Shown here one piece after another: positions 38,443-48,575 of a DNA stretch of 64,000 nucleotides. The notes under the pieces are model-generated. The model did no database searches. It saw nothing but the letters and a program-made list of their open reading frames with translations, and had not been told where the DNA came from. Made by a program: the position numbers and the translations under genes. This DNA is from an uncultured Saprospiraceae bacterium (lineage in GTDB: Bacteria > Bacteroidota > Bacteroidia > Chitinophagales > Saprospiraceae): the NCBI GenBank assembly GCA_937973565.1, contig CALJKQ010000064.1, positions 3,671-67,670 of the forward strand, given 5' to 3'. Within the stretch, counting starts at the first letter, position 1. Each line of letters begins with the position of its first letter.

Positions 38443-41400
38443 CAGGATTCCAATGACCAGGTATTTTATTTTGGTGTGGGTGGTGTTTTTGTTTTCCTGT
38501 AAGCAGGAAGATAAAAAAGAAAACTTGTTTACTTTATTGACAGGTGATGATACCGGAATCGACTTTCAAAACAAGTTGAACCTGACCACGGAAATGAACA
38601 TATTCAAGTACATGTATTATTACAATGGTGGAGGAGTTGGCGTTGCCGACTTCAACAACGATGGCTTGAAAGACATCTTTTTTACCGGCAACATGGTAGA
38701 AAATGAATTGTACCTCAACGAAGGAAATCTCAAGTTTAAAAATGTTACCAACAAGGCAGGTATTAAAAAAGATGCTGCCTGGTCCAATGGTGTCAGTGTA
38801 GTGGATATCAACAATGATGGTATGATGGACATCTACATAAGTCAGGTTGGTGAATTTGATATTTTCAAAGGTCACAACCAGCTTTTTGTATGCCAGAAAA
38901 TAGAAAATGGTATACCCGTATACCAGGAAATGTCGGCACAATACGGACTGGATCTGGTGGGTTACGGTACGCATGCGGTATTTTTTGATTACGACCTGGA
39001 TGGTGACCTCGACATGTACCAATTGAACCATTCTACTCACAACAATGGTACTTTTGGGCAACGACCTTCCTTTTTAGGAACCTACCATGCCCAATCCGGA
39101 GATAAGATGATGCGCAACGATAAAGGACGTTTTACAGATGTAACCAAGGAATCCGGCATCCATTCTTCGGTGATCGGTTACGGCCTTGGCGTGGTGGCCA
39201 GTGATATCAACCTCGATGGTTACCCGGACCTTTACATAGGCAACGACTTTCATGAAAACGACTACCTGTACATCAATCAGGGCAATGGAACATTTAAAGA
39301 TGTAACACCGGATCAGCTCATGCATACCAGTCGCTTTTCCATGGGTGTAGATGCAGCAGATCTCAACAACGACGGATACAATGAGATCATCTCACTCGAC
39401 ATGTTGCCCGAAAAAGCAGATATTTTGAAGCGATCTGAAAATGATGAAGATATCAGCTTATTCAAGTTTAAACTCGATTACGGCTACAACTATCAATATT
39501 CCCGCAATGCACTGCAGTTGAACAATGGCGATGGCAGTTTTAGCGAAATAGGCATGTACAGTGGTGTACATGCAACTGACTGGTCGTGGTCTCCCTTGTT
39601 TTTTGACATAGACCAGGATGGCAAACGGGATTTATTTATCAGCAACGGTATACCCAAGCGGATGAACGATCTCGATTACATCAATTTTGTTTCGGATCAG
39701 GACTGGCAGTGGAAGACCAGCCACAACGAGCTTACTCAAAAGGAACTCGATCTGATCATGAAGATTCCTGAACTCAAGTTGGATAACAAAATCTTTTTGC
39801 AAGACGGTGAGCTAAGATTTAATGACAAAAGTGATGCTGTTGCCAACCTCCTGCCCAGTTATAGCAGTGGGTCCGCTTATGCAGATTTCGACAACGATGG
39901 TGATCTTGATGTGGTGGTAAACAACATCAACGAAAAGCCCTTCATTTATCGCAATGACGTACAACGTGCAGCCGACCGGCAAAAAGCTTTGCGCATTCGA
40001 TTTAAGGGACAGGCCGGCAACATCAACGCCATTGGAACACGTATCATTGTCAAGGCAGGAGGGCAAAAGTATTATGCCGAAAATTATCCTGTCCGAGGCT
40101 TTCAATCCAGTTTTATGGAGGATTTGTTTCTGGCTACCGGCAAAGCAAAGCCCGATTCATTGACCGTTATCTGGCCCGACCAAAGCTATCAATCCACGGC
40201 TTTGGGTATGGACTCTATTCATATACTCACTTATAAAACCGGCTTGCCAAAGTTTGATTACAAATCTCTTGTCGGAACCAAAGTGATGGCATGGACAGAC
40301 AATACACCATCAGCAGGGATCAATTATAAACACACGGAGAATCCTTATATTGAGTTTCACCGCGAGCCACTTGTACCTTTTAGTTGCGGAGAAGAAGGTC
40401 CGGCATCAGCGGTTGGTGACATAGATGGGGATAAGAAGGAGGATGTTTTCCTGGGAGCTTCCAAAACCTTTAAACCGAAGATTTATAAACAAACGGCCAA
40501 TGGCACTTTTCGGTTGGTGCCGCAGGCTGACCTCGATGCTGATTCTACCTATGAAGACGTGGATGCAGTTTTTGCCGATGTCAACAATGACGGGGCCAAG
40601 GATTTGATTGTAGCGAGTGGGGGCAATGAATATTCATTAAAAAACGACTTTATGAAGCCCAGGCTGTATCTCAATGATGGACGCGGGCAGTTTAAAAAGA
40701 AAGCAGATGCTTTCGGTGAAGTTCGGCTCAATGCTTCCGCTGTGAAAATATCCGATATCAATAACGATGGCTTGCCGGATGTTTGGTTTTTTGGCAGATC
40801 GGTGCCGTATCAATATGGGCAAATTCCGGCTTCTTATGTGTTGATCAACACAGGTAATGGTAACTTTAAGGATAAGACTGCAGAGCTGGCTCCCACCTTA
40901 AGTAAGCTCGGACTGGTTACGGCTGCACAGCTTGCCGATATAGATGGTGATCGGGATTTGGATGTGGTGGTTGCCTGTGAATGGGATGGTATTTTGGCAT
41001 TGAAAAATGAAAATGGCAAATTTATTCTGCAGCATCTGTATGATGGACGTGGTTGGTGGTCATCACTGTACATAGACGATGTAGATGGAGATGGTAAAGT
41101 AGATATTATTGCCGGCAATCAGGGGCTCAACACCCGCATGAAAGCCAGCCCGGAAAAACCGGTGCATATGTACCTCGCAGATATGGACAACAACGGCACT
41201 GCTGAACAGGTAGTGACGTATTTCATTGGGGATCGCGAGATTCCGCTGGCCAACAAAACAGAACTGGAAAAGAAATTGCCACCCATCAAGAAGAAGTTCT
41301 TAAAAGCCAGCGATTTTGCCAAAGCCGACGTAAAAGAAATTCTTTCCTTCTACGACTTGAAGAAAGCCGAAAAGAAGGAAGTCAATCAATTTGCCAATCT

Positions 41401-41734
41401 AATCCTGTATCAAAAAAGTGCAGGTAAGTTCACAGAACAAGCATTGCCGTTTACCATGCAATTTTCTCCACTTACAGCCATAGCTCCTATGGGTAAGCAG
41501 CAATGGCTGATAGGCATGAATAAGTACAACGGCAACATCCAGATTGGCCGATACGATGCCGATTTTGGCGGCATCCTTTCATTTGAATCAGGACAATTGA
41601 AATACGAGAAACTACCCGGCCTGATTTTGAAGGGGGCCATTAAAAAAATGGTACCCATTGTTGTCAATGGAAAAAAACAATATTTGGTTGTAAAAAACAA
41701 CGATAGCTGTCAGCTCATTGCACCGGCTTCTTAG
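38429..41734 (+). CDS. FG-GAP/VCBS-repeat protein with ASPIC/UnbV domain (CRTAC1-like), copy 2
   Basis: Lipobox VFLFSC. DFNNDGLKDIFF, DINNDGMMDIYI, DYDLDGDLDMY, DFDNDGDLDVVV. UnbV-like AIGTRIIVKAGGQKYYAENYPVRGFQSS. The alternative start ATG at 38453 (MTRYFIL...) avoids overlap with copy 1. Confidence 0.88.
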   Translation: MNNYNRIPMTRYFILVWVVFLFSCKQEDKKENLFTLLTGDDTGIDFQNKLNLTTEMNIFKYMYYYNGGGVGVADFNNDGLKDIFFTGNMVENELYLNEGNLKFKNVTNKAGIKKDAAWSNGVSVVDINNDGMMDIYISQVGEFDIFKGHNQLFVCQKIENGIPVYQEMSAQYGLDLVGYGTHAVFFDYDLDGDLDMYQLNHSTHNNGTFGQRPSFLGTYHAQSGDKMMRNDKGRFTDVTKESGIHSSVIGYGLGVVASDINLDGYPDLYIGNDFHENDYLYINQGNGTFKDVTPDQLMHTSRFSMGVDAADLNNDGYNEIISLDMLPEKADILKRSENDEDISLFKFKLDYGYNYQYSRNALQLNNGDGSFSEIGMYSGVHATDWSWSPLFFDIDQDGKRDLFISNGIPKRMNDLDYINFVSDQDWQWKTSHNELTQKELDLIMKIPELKLDNKIFLQDGELRFNDKSDAVANLLPSYSSGSAYADFDNDGDLDVVVNNINEKPFIYRNDVQRAADRQKALRIRFKGQAGNINAIGTRIIVKAGGQKYYAENYPVRGFQSSFMEDLFLATGKAKPDSLTVIWPDQSYQSTALGMDSIHILTYKTGLPKFDYKSLVGTKVMAWTDNTPSAGINYKHTENPYIEFHREPLVPFSCGEEGPASAVGDIDGDKKEDVFLGASKTFKPKIYKQTANGTFRLVPQADLDADSTYEDVDAVFADVNNDGAKDLIVASGGNEYSLKNDFMKPRLYLNDGRGQFKKKADAFGEVRLNASAVKISDINNDGLPDVWFFGRSVPYQYGQIPASYVLINTGNGNFKDKTAELAPTLSKLGLVTAAQLADIDGDRDLDVVVACEWDGILALKNENGKFILQHLYDGRGWWSSLYIDDVDGDGKVDIIAGNQGLNTRMKASPEKPVHMYLADMDNNGTAEQVVTYFIGDREIPLANKTELEKKLPPIKKKFLKASDFAKADVKEILSFYDLKKAEKKEVNQFANLILYQKSAGKFTEQALPFTMQFSPLTAIAPMGKQQWLIGMNKYNGNIQIGRYDADFGGILSFESGQLKYEKLPGLILKGAIKKMVPIVVNGKKQYLVVKNNDSCQLIAPAS

Positions 41735-41737
41735 GTA

Positions 41738-43375
41738 TCAGAGCCAAACCTTGGTGAAATCAAATTTTCTGGCATCGAAAAGGCCTTTATCGGAAAGTTT
41801 GAGTTCGGGAATGACGAGCAAGGCCATAAAAGATAAGGTCATGAAGGGAGCATCGAGTGTTGAGCCCAGCATTTGTTTAGCCATTTGATCTACTTTTTGA
41901 TAGTCCTCTGATACTTCATATCCATCGCGATTGCTCATGAGTCCGGCAACCGGCAGGGGGAGGGTAGCTACGTCAGCACCCAAACATGCTGTGACACCAC
42001 CCCGGTGTTTGACTACTTCATTGATGGCATTGGCCAGGTCTTCATCGTTGGTGCCTACGGCAATAATGTTGTGAGAATCGTGACCTACCGATGAAGCAAT
42101 GGCCCCTTTTTGGAGACCAAAACCATGGATAAGAGCAATGGCGGGTGGAGATTGTACATATCGGTTGTACACCACAACTTTGAGCACGTCATTTTCCGTG
42201 TCAGGTGTGAATATAGTATGCTGGTTTACCAAATTAAACAGCAACTCTGTGGTAATCAACTGACCTCCTTTTGCGGCTATGACCCGCATCTGTTTTGCCT
42301 CTGTTGGGATAGGGAGAGCCAGTTGTTCGGCAGCAACAGGTTTGGTATCAAAGTAATTAACGATAGCACTTTGAGGTAATGGCAGTCTGGTTTTGCCGTT
42401 TTCAGCTACGCACTGTCCTCTCAAATAGGTCTGTAAAATTTCGAAGTTATTTACATCTTTTACTACTATAAAATCAGCGGAGTCACCAGTGCGGAGCAGG
42501 CCCACCGGCATACCATAATGCAAGACAGGGTGAATACAGGCCATATACAGCGCCTCAAACAGGCCAATGCCGTGCCGGTGGATGGCTCGTTTGACCAACT
42601 CATTGATGTGGCTTATCACCAGCTCATCCGGGTGTTTGTCGTCTGAGCAAAACATCATTTGTTGCCAATGCTCCTTTGCCAGGGGAATGAGGGCTTCAAA
42701 ATTTTTGGCGGCACTGCCTTCTCTGATGAGGATTTTTACACCCAGTTGCAATTTTTCAGCAGCTTCATCGGTTTGGTAACATTCGTGGTCAGTGGTTATA
42801 CCATGTGAAAAATAGTCCCGGGCATCCTTGCCTCTTAAGCCCGGTGCATGACCATCGATGGGCTTTCCCGATTTTCGGGCGTGGTACAATTTTTCCATTA
42901 CCATAGCATCCTGATGAATGACACCCGGATAATTCATCATTTCTGCCAAATAATAAATATCGGGCTTCTGCAAAAGCGTAAGTATATCCTGATCATCGAT
43001 GGCGGCACCTGCGGTCTCAAACGCCGTAGCCGGTACACAAGAAGGCGCCCCGAAGGCAAAATGAAATGGACTTTGGGCAGCATCGTTCAGCATGTAATCA
43101 ACCCCTGCCACACCCAGTACGTTGCCTATTTCATGGGGATCAGAAACGGTGCCCACAGTACCATGAACCACCGCCAGACGCGCAAAGTGAGCGGGCGTGA
43201 GCATAGAACTTTCGATGTGTACGTGCGCGTCTACAAAGCCGGGCATTAAATATGGCTCAGCCGGCCGCTCATTGTCAAGGGCTTCGATGGCTTTGATTTT
43301 TCCTCCCTCAACGGTCACTTCTCCAAAATATATTTGGCGCTTGAAAATATCTACGATGTTTCCGGTAAGTGTCAT
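41738..43375 (-). CDS. ade: adenine deaminase
   Basis: 545 aa. Amidohydrolase metal site PGFVDAHVHIESSMLTP. Length and overall layout typical of Ade. Confidence 0.88.
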   Translation of the reverse strand: MTLTGNIVDIFKRQIYFGEVTVEGGKIKAIEALDNERPAEPYLMPGFVDAHVHIESSMLTPAHFARLAVVHGTVGTVSDPHEIGNVLGVAGVDYMLNDAAQSPFHFAFGAPSCVPATAFETAGAAIDDQDILTLLQKPDIYYLAEMMNYPGVIHQDAMVMEKLYHARKSGKPIDGHAPGLRGKDARDYFSHGITTDHECYQTDEAAEKLQLGVKILIREGSAAKNFEALIPLAKEHWQQMMFCSDDKHPDELVISHINELVKRAIHRHGIGLFEALYMACIHPVLHYGMPVGLLRTGDSADFIVVKDVNNFEILQTYLRGQCVAENGKTRLPLPQSAIVNYFDTKPVAAEQLALPIPTEAKQMRVIAAKGGQLITTELLFNLVNQHTIFTPDTENDVLKVVVYNRYVQSPPAIALIHGFGLQKGAIASSVGHDSHNIIAVGTNDEDLANAINEVVKHRGGVTACLGADVATLPLPVAGLMSNRDGYEVSEDYQKVDQMAKQMLGSTLDAPFMTLSFMALLVIPELKLSDKGLFDARKFDFTKVWL

Positions 43376-43516
43376 GGGAGTTTATTGAAATTTGACAAAT
43401 AAATTTGAACTCGAAAAATAATCAATCGCGGCCAGATAATGCATTGACAAAGGTCAGGTATTTCACACAATTCAACGCAATGGTGTAACTTTGTGGTTCA
43501 ATTAATAAATTTTCCT

Positions 43517-44695
43517 ATGCAGAAAGTATATATTTTATCCGCACAGAGAACCCCAATGGGAAGTTACGGAGGAGCACTGTCATCGTTTTCAGCAACACAG
43601 CTGGGTTCCGTTGCCATCAAGGCAGCTGTTGAAAAAGCAGGCATCAATGCCGATGATGTGGATGAGGTTTTCTTTGGCAATGTTTGCCAGGCCAACAACG
43701 GTCAGGCACCGGCCAGACAGGCGGCATTGGGGGCAGGTTTAAGCAAAAGAGTTCCTTGTACAACTGTAAATAAAGTATGTGCTTCCGGCATGAAGTCCGT
43801 TATGTTTGCTGCTCAATCCATACAGCTGGGCCAAAACCAGGTTGTAGTAGCCGGTGGTATGGAAAGCATGAGCAACATACCTTATTACCTGCCTAAGGTA
43901 AGATGGGGCTTGAAATACGGCGGTGCTGAGTTGGTAGACGGCTTGCAGAAAGACGGACTTACCGATGCCTACAACCACCAGGCCATGGGTACCTGTGCTG
44001 ATGCTACAGCAACCAAATTCAGCATCAGCAGAGAAGACCAGGACAGGTATGCTATCCAATCTTATACAAGAGCAGCAGAAGCAACCAAAGCCGGAAAATT
44101 TAAGGATGAAATATGCGGTGTGTCTATACCTCAAAAGAAAGGCGATCCCATTTTGATGGTTGAAGACGAAGAATACAAAAATGTGATGTTTGATAAGATC
44201 CCCGGACTAAGACCTGCTTTTAGCAAGGAAGGTACTGTTACCGCTGCCAACGCTTCTACCATGAACGATGGTGCCGCAGCCCTTGTGCTGGCGAGTGAAG
44301 AATATGTGCAGAAACATGGACTTACCCCTATTGCAGAAGTGGTATCATATGCGGATGCGGCCCAGGAGCCGGAGTGGTTTACCACGGCACCTACATTGGC
44401 AGCACCTATAGCCCTGAAAAGAGCAGGGTTGTCCGCTGAACAGATCGATTATTATGAAGTCAATGAAGCATTTGCAGTAGTAACCATGGCCTTCAACCAG
44501 GTGATGGGGGTAGACGAGTCAAAGGTCAATGTCAATGGTGGTGCGGTAGCCCTTGGGCACCCGCTGGGAGCATCAGGAGCCAGAATCATTACGACACTGA
44601 TCCATGTATTGGGACAAAACAACGGCACCTATGGTTTGGCTACACTCTGTAATGGAGGAGGTGGCGCCAGCGCAGTCGTTGTTAAAAAACTATAA
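43517..44695 (+). CDS. acetyl-CoA C-acetyltransferase (thiolase II)
   Basis: I start at MQKVYILSAQRTPMG. Active-site Cys VNKVCASGMKS, NVNGGAVALGHPLGASGARI, CNGGGGASA. Confidence 0.92.
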   Translation: MQKVYILSAQRTPMGSYGGALSSFSATQLGSVAIKAAVEKAGINADDVDEVFFGNVCQANNGQAPARQAALGAGLSKRVPCTTVNKVCASGMKSVMFAAQSIQLGQNQVVVAGGMESMSNIPYYLPKVRWGLKYGGAELVDGLQKDGLTDAYNHQAMGTCADATATKFSISREDQDRYAIQSYTRAAEATKAGKFKDEICGVSIPQKKGDPILMVEDEEYKNVMFDKIPGLRPAFSKEGTVTAANASTMNDGAAALVLASEEYVQKHGLTPIAEVVSYADAAQEPEWFTTAPTLAAPIALKRAGLSAEQIDYYEVNEAFAVVTMAFNQVMGVDESKVNVNGGAVALGHPLGASGARIITTLIHVLGQNNGTYGLATLCNGGGGASAVVVKKL

Positions 44696-44701
44696 TCCCG
44701 C

Positions 44702-47700
44702 TTACTTTAAGTCGATCGTACCTGCATCGGAGTTTTCCAACATGCTGCCCGGTGCGAGTCTTATTTCTTTACCGTTGATGTTTTCAATGGTGATCTGACC
44801 CGTATTGGAAAAAGTACCGAGGTTGTTGATGCCATAAAGCCCGTTCACTGCATGGTTGTTGAGCAGTGTCAAGATACCATTATTGTTGAAGTCAGCACCT
44901 ACTGCGTTGTAAATTCCGGTACTCCCGCTATTACTTATGTTCAATGTTGCAGAACTGTTGATCAGCATACTCCCGCTGTTGCTAAATGCTATGCCGCTGG
45001 TATTGATGGGGTTGGTAATGTCCAATACACCGTAAAGCAGTACATCTCCGGCATTGGACATTTCACCTTTGTCGGCTATTTTGAGTTGTGCGTTGTTTTG
45101 GATCAGCAGGGTAGCAGTGGCACCTATCGTTACGGATGAGGCTTTGGCTACGTTGCCGTTGGTTATGCTGATGGTATAGGCTGCCGCAGGATTGATGACC
45201 ACCTGATGGCAGGGTTGAGGAATTTTTCCTGTGCTCCAATTACTGGCCTGGTGCCAGTTGCCATTGGTGCCGATCCAGGTATTGACTACATCGGGAATGT
45301 TTTCGTCGATGCTGTTGTCGCAATCATTGTCTTTGCCATCACAAATCTCAGGGGCCCCGGGATAGCTGTTGGGATCATCATCAAGACAATCCTGGGTGAC
45401 AGCACAGTAACCATCTCCGTCATTATCACCACCGTAGCCGTTGAGACAAAAATCGTTGTAATTGCCACCGCCTGGCAGTTGCGGATTGCCTTCTAATCTG
45501 AGTGTAGCACCCCGTGTGCAGAATATGTCATAAACGCGGGGGATGCAGCCATTAAAATTATTCTCATTCAACCACATAACTGCAATCGGGGGTATGGTGA
45601 GGAAGACAGGTAAAGTACCCGTGAGGTCATTGTTGTCGAGATAAAGCGTTCTCAGATTGCCAATATCACCAAAAGAATAAGGTAGGGTGCCTGAATAGCT
45701 GTTGTTGCCCAAATCTACGTAGTCAAGCAACACAAAATCATCAAGAAAATTGGGCAGATTGCCTGAAAGGGTATTGCTGTAAAGGTTGAGGCGAGTCAGC
45801 TCTGTAAGTCCCGTCATTGCTGCAGGTAAACTACCGGTGAGGTGGTTATTTCCCAGGTTGAGCGCGGTCACTCTGCCCGAAGTATTGCACACGACACCAA
45901 ACCAGGTGCACACATTACAATTAGATGCATAGTTGACCCAACCGCTCTTGTTGGTCCAGGAAGCACCGTTGGTAGCATTGTAAAATGAGACCAGTGCAGG
46001 ATAATCCGGATGACATGGCACAGAGGCATCGTAAGCACAGATGCCAAATTCTCCATAGTCGTTGGTTGCGGGTATGTCCTTTGGAGTTACTCTTATGGTG
46101 ATGGTTTCACCGGGAGTGCGTCCTGTCAGAATGATTTGTGCATGGTTGCCTGCGCCATTGTTGTCATCACAGGCTATGGCCGTAAGACTGTTGCAGTTAC
46201 CTGCATAGGCTTGCAAAACCATATCAGTAAAACCTCCCGACACCTGCGTAGTCTCAATGGTTAATGAGCCCGAAGAAGGCACTTTGGCTGTAAACCATAC
46301 ATCGGTATTGTAAGCCTGAGAAACACAGCTAAACCCCGGCGTATTGGCAGATTGAGTACCATAGTCGTTGTCGAAGGTTCTGGCTGTACAGCCTTGTGAA
46401 AGCGTGAGTGGTATGGCATCCAGACACTCATCGTTGACGGGACCCAGGGTTCCACAAGCCACACCTGTAAAACAAGAGGCATTAACAAAATTCAGAAATA
46501 ATTGTTTGCCGGCAACGGGTCCGAAGCCTACTGAAAAATTGATGGACTGACCTGCAAGGCCGTTGCACTGGCTCATGATCGTGCCATTGCTGCCCGGCAG
46601 CGTGGGGGCTCCACTGTTAAAACAATTGTTGCCTTCAGGGGTCTGGTCGTTATTATACGCGATTACATTTCCGCAATCATCGATCTGAGAATTGTCGCCA
46701 TTCCAAACACAGGCGTGGGTATGTCTAAGTCCGAGCACGTGACCCAACTCGTGTGCTACATTCTGAATGTTGTAGGAATAGTTGGGATAGTTGACTACAG
46801 AAGTGGATAAGCCGGATGAGAGGGCAGCAGGGCCGGGATAGGACGTAATAGGGTTGCAGAAACCTCCGATGCCGTAGCTTATGCCGCCCGGCAGATCTTT
46901 GGTGCTAAGCAAATAAGCCACTTTACCGCTCAAGCCGATGGATATGAGTCTGTTCACGAAAGCCGTGCGCATGGCTGTAACCGAGGTTGCAGAAGTGTAA
47001 ATATCGGTTGTGTTCCAAATGTAAACCTGAGAAATGATAATGGGTACCTTGTAATTGTTGTATAAGGTGGCCACGTTGCTAAAAATATTCGTCAACCAGG
47101 TTTGGGTATTGGTAGTGCTGGATCCATTGCTTTGGTAGGCAGAAAAGTCGCATTCTACGTAAAGCTCAAGGCAGTCTGCATATGAATTCCTTTCGCCACG
47201 GTGATCTGCCATGGAGACATTGTCTTCTGTATGACATTCGTGCAATGCCTGGTTTGTTGCAATGGTTAATCTAAGTTGAGAAGAGGTTGCGTCTTTGTGG
47301 ATTTCGAATTGTTGGTCTGCGGTGGAAATAAACAGTGAAAATTGGTTTTCGCCGGTGCACAAGTTAACGGTGGATGATTCATAGTCCTGTACTATGCCGC
47401 GGTAGGTAACCACGTTTATTATTTTTGCATTTTCTCCGGAAGAAAACTGAACCAGGGCGTCTCGGCTGAACAGTTCGTATTTTTCGAGTTCAAGTTTCAT
47501 TTCTTTGCCATCCAGATTTATGCTAAGCACAATGTTGCGTGGTTTTTGGATGGCTACCAGATCATAGCAATCGTCGTTCAATGTCACGCTGTTGTTGGCA
47601 GTCAACGAGCTTTTGGAAAGGGCCACCGAGTGCAAATTATGGGTTGATGTATCGGTTTTTTTCAACTCATTTTTGGAAGCAATCTGTGCATACGATGCTG

Positions 47701-47746
47701 GGAACAAGACAGATAGAAGGAGGCAAAGAGAGAGGATTCTTTTCAT
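44702..47746 (-). CDS. secreted multidomain metzincin: reprolysin-like (M12B) protease + PPC-like domain + plant-type LRRs + MopE-like Cys/Asp motif + beta-helix-like tail
   Basis: I start at the Met at 47746 (MKRILSLCLLLSVLFPASYAQ). Zinc site HELGHVLGLRHTH. LRRNT-like CTWFGVVCNTSGRVTALNL followed by 24-residue repeats LxxLxLxxNxLxGxLP. DGDGYCAVTQDCLDDDPNSYPGAPEICDGKDNDCDNSIDE. Confidence 0.85.
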   Translation of the reverse strand: MKRILSLCLLLSVLFPASYAQIASKNELKKTDTSTHNLHSVALSKSSLTANNSVTLNDDCYDLVAIQKPRNIVLSINLDGKEMKLELEKYELFSRDALVQFSSGENAKIINVVTYRGIVQDYESSTVNLCTGENQFSLFISTADQQFEIHKDATSSQLRLTIATNQALHECHTEDNVSMADHRGERNSYADCLELYVECDFSAYQSNGSSTTNTQTWLTNIFSNVATLYNNYKVPIIISQVYIWNTTDIYTSATSVTAMRTAFVNRLISIGLSGKVAYLLSTKDLPGGISYGIGGFCNPITSYPGPAALSSGLSTSVVNYPNYSYNIQNVAHELGHVLGLRHTHACVWNGDNSQIDDCGNVIAYNNDQTPEGNNCFNSGAPTLPGSNGTIMSQCNGLAGQSINFSVGFGPVAGKQLFLNFVNASCFTGVACGTLGPVNDECLDAIPLTLSQGCTARTFDNDYGTQSANTPGFSCVSQAYNTDVWFTAKVPSSGSLTIETTQVSGGFTDMVLQAYAGNCNSLTAIACDDNNGAGNHAQIILTGRTPGETITIRVTPKDIPATNDYGEFGICAYDASVPCHPDYPALVSFYNATNGASWTNKSGWVNYASNCNVCTWFGVVCNTSGRVTALNLGNNHLTGSLPAAMTGLTELTRLNLYSNTLSGNLPNFLDDFVLLDYVDLGNNSYSGTLPYSFGDIGNLRTLYLDNNDLTGTLPVFLTIPPIAVMWLNENNFNGCIPRVYDIFCTRGATLRLEGNPQLPGGGNYNDFCLNGYGGDNDGDGYCAVTQDCLDDDPNSYPGAPEICDGKDNDCDNSIDENIPDVVNTWIGTNGNWHQASNWSTGKIPQPCHQVVINPAAAYTISITNGNVAKASSVTIGATATLLIQNNAQLKIADKGEMSNAGDVLLYGVLDITNPINTSGIAFSNSGSMLINSSATLNISNSGSTGIYNAVGADFNNNGILTLLNNHAVNGLYGINNLGTFSNTGQITIENINGKEIRLAPGSMLENSDAGTIDLK

Positions 47747-48147
47747 AAAGCCCAAATTAACAACTTTTTTTAAAAGGCAATACATTTCAATGTATTTACG
47801 ATTATGTGACAATCTACCCTACCCTTGCTCCCTGCTCCCTTTCTTACTTTTTATCATTAGCTAGAATGAAAGCCCCGTTGTAATGTCGGGTTTTTATAAT
47901 TACGATCACAAAAACAGATAGAAATAACTAAAATTAAAAATAAAAGAATAAAATTTTGTTAAAGTATCAAAAAAGCCTTGCAAAAAATATATAATTCTTT
48001 TAAATTTGCGTTACGAAAAATAAAAAGAAAACTACGGGTGAAACAAATATTTTTCTTGACGGTATTTTGTTCTTAATTGTTGTAAAATAACCCAAGGAAA
48101 ACAAACAATATTTTGTCAAACCTATTTTTATAACAAAATTTTATTGA

Positions 48148-48330
48148 ATGAAAAGTTTTTTATTCAGGCTTTTGGTAGAAAAAAATGTAAGGTCTAAGGC
48201 AGAGTTGATAAAGCAAAAAAGCCTTATTGACGAGATTACGGATAAGGATTACCAGCAAGGGGATTATAATCCGAAAACGGCCAGACACCGTTCTCTCAAA
48301 AACATCAACGGGAAGTTGATTCGATTTTAA
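48148..48330 (+). CDS. hypothetical 60-aa basic protein (could instead be part of a non-coding transcript)
   Basis: The only ORF in an AT-rich 0.6-kb gap. A plus-strand-specific terminator lies 59 bp downstream. No recognisable motif. Confidence 0.3.
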   Translation: MKSFLFRLLVEKNVRSKAELIKQKSLIDEITDKDYQQGDYNPKTARHRSLKNINGKLIRF

Positions 48331-48388
48331 AGAAAGCGACGCCCAGGCGTATAAGTTTTTATCATAGTTTTTTAGTTGTTAGATTAAA

Positions 48389-48417
48389 AGCTGTCTTTTG
48401 CAAAAGGGACGGCTTTT
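48389..48417 (+). terminator. plus-strand-specific intrinsic terminator
   Basis: 11-bp stem agctgtctttt / aaagggacggct using three G:U pairs, which become C:A mismatches on the other strand. 4-nt loop, then ttttattgttt. Confidence 0.5.
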
Positions 48418-48424
48418 ATTGTTT

Positions 48425-48525
48425 ACCGGGAACGGAGCAACGGGCAACCGAAGACCGGGAACAGAGCAACGGGCAACCGTAGACCGGGAACGGAGCAACG
48501 GGCAACCGTAGACCGGGAACGGAGC
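48425..48525. repeat. 3.5 head-to-tail copies of a 29-bp unit (accgggaacggagcaacgggcaaccgtag)
   Basis: Units at 48425-48453, 48454-48482 and 48483-48511, plus a partial unit at 48512-48525. There are 1-2 substitutions between copies and no spacers. Confidence 0.9.
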
Positions 48526-48575
48526 TGTCGACAAACGATTGTAAGCATAGAATCTAAATTTCAACACCCAAGTAA

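Noticed and set aside
38534-41700. Multiple 60-175-aa minus-strand ORFs inside the second FG-GAP gene
   Set aside because: They are shadow ORFs opposite a long, motif-rich gene.
48425-48525. Possible CRISPR array
   Set aside because: The repeats are directly contiguous with no spacers, there are only 3.5 copies, and no cas genes occur in the window. This is a minisatellite or structured element, not CRISPR.
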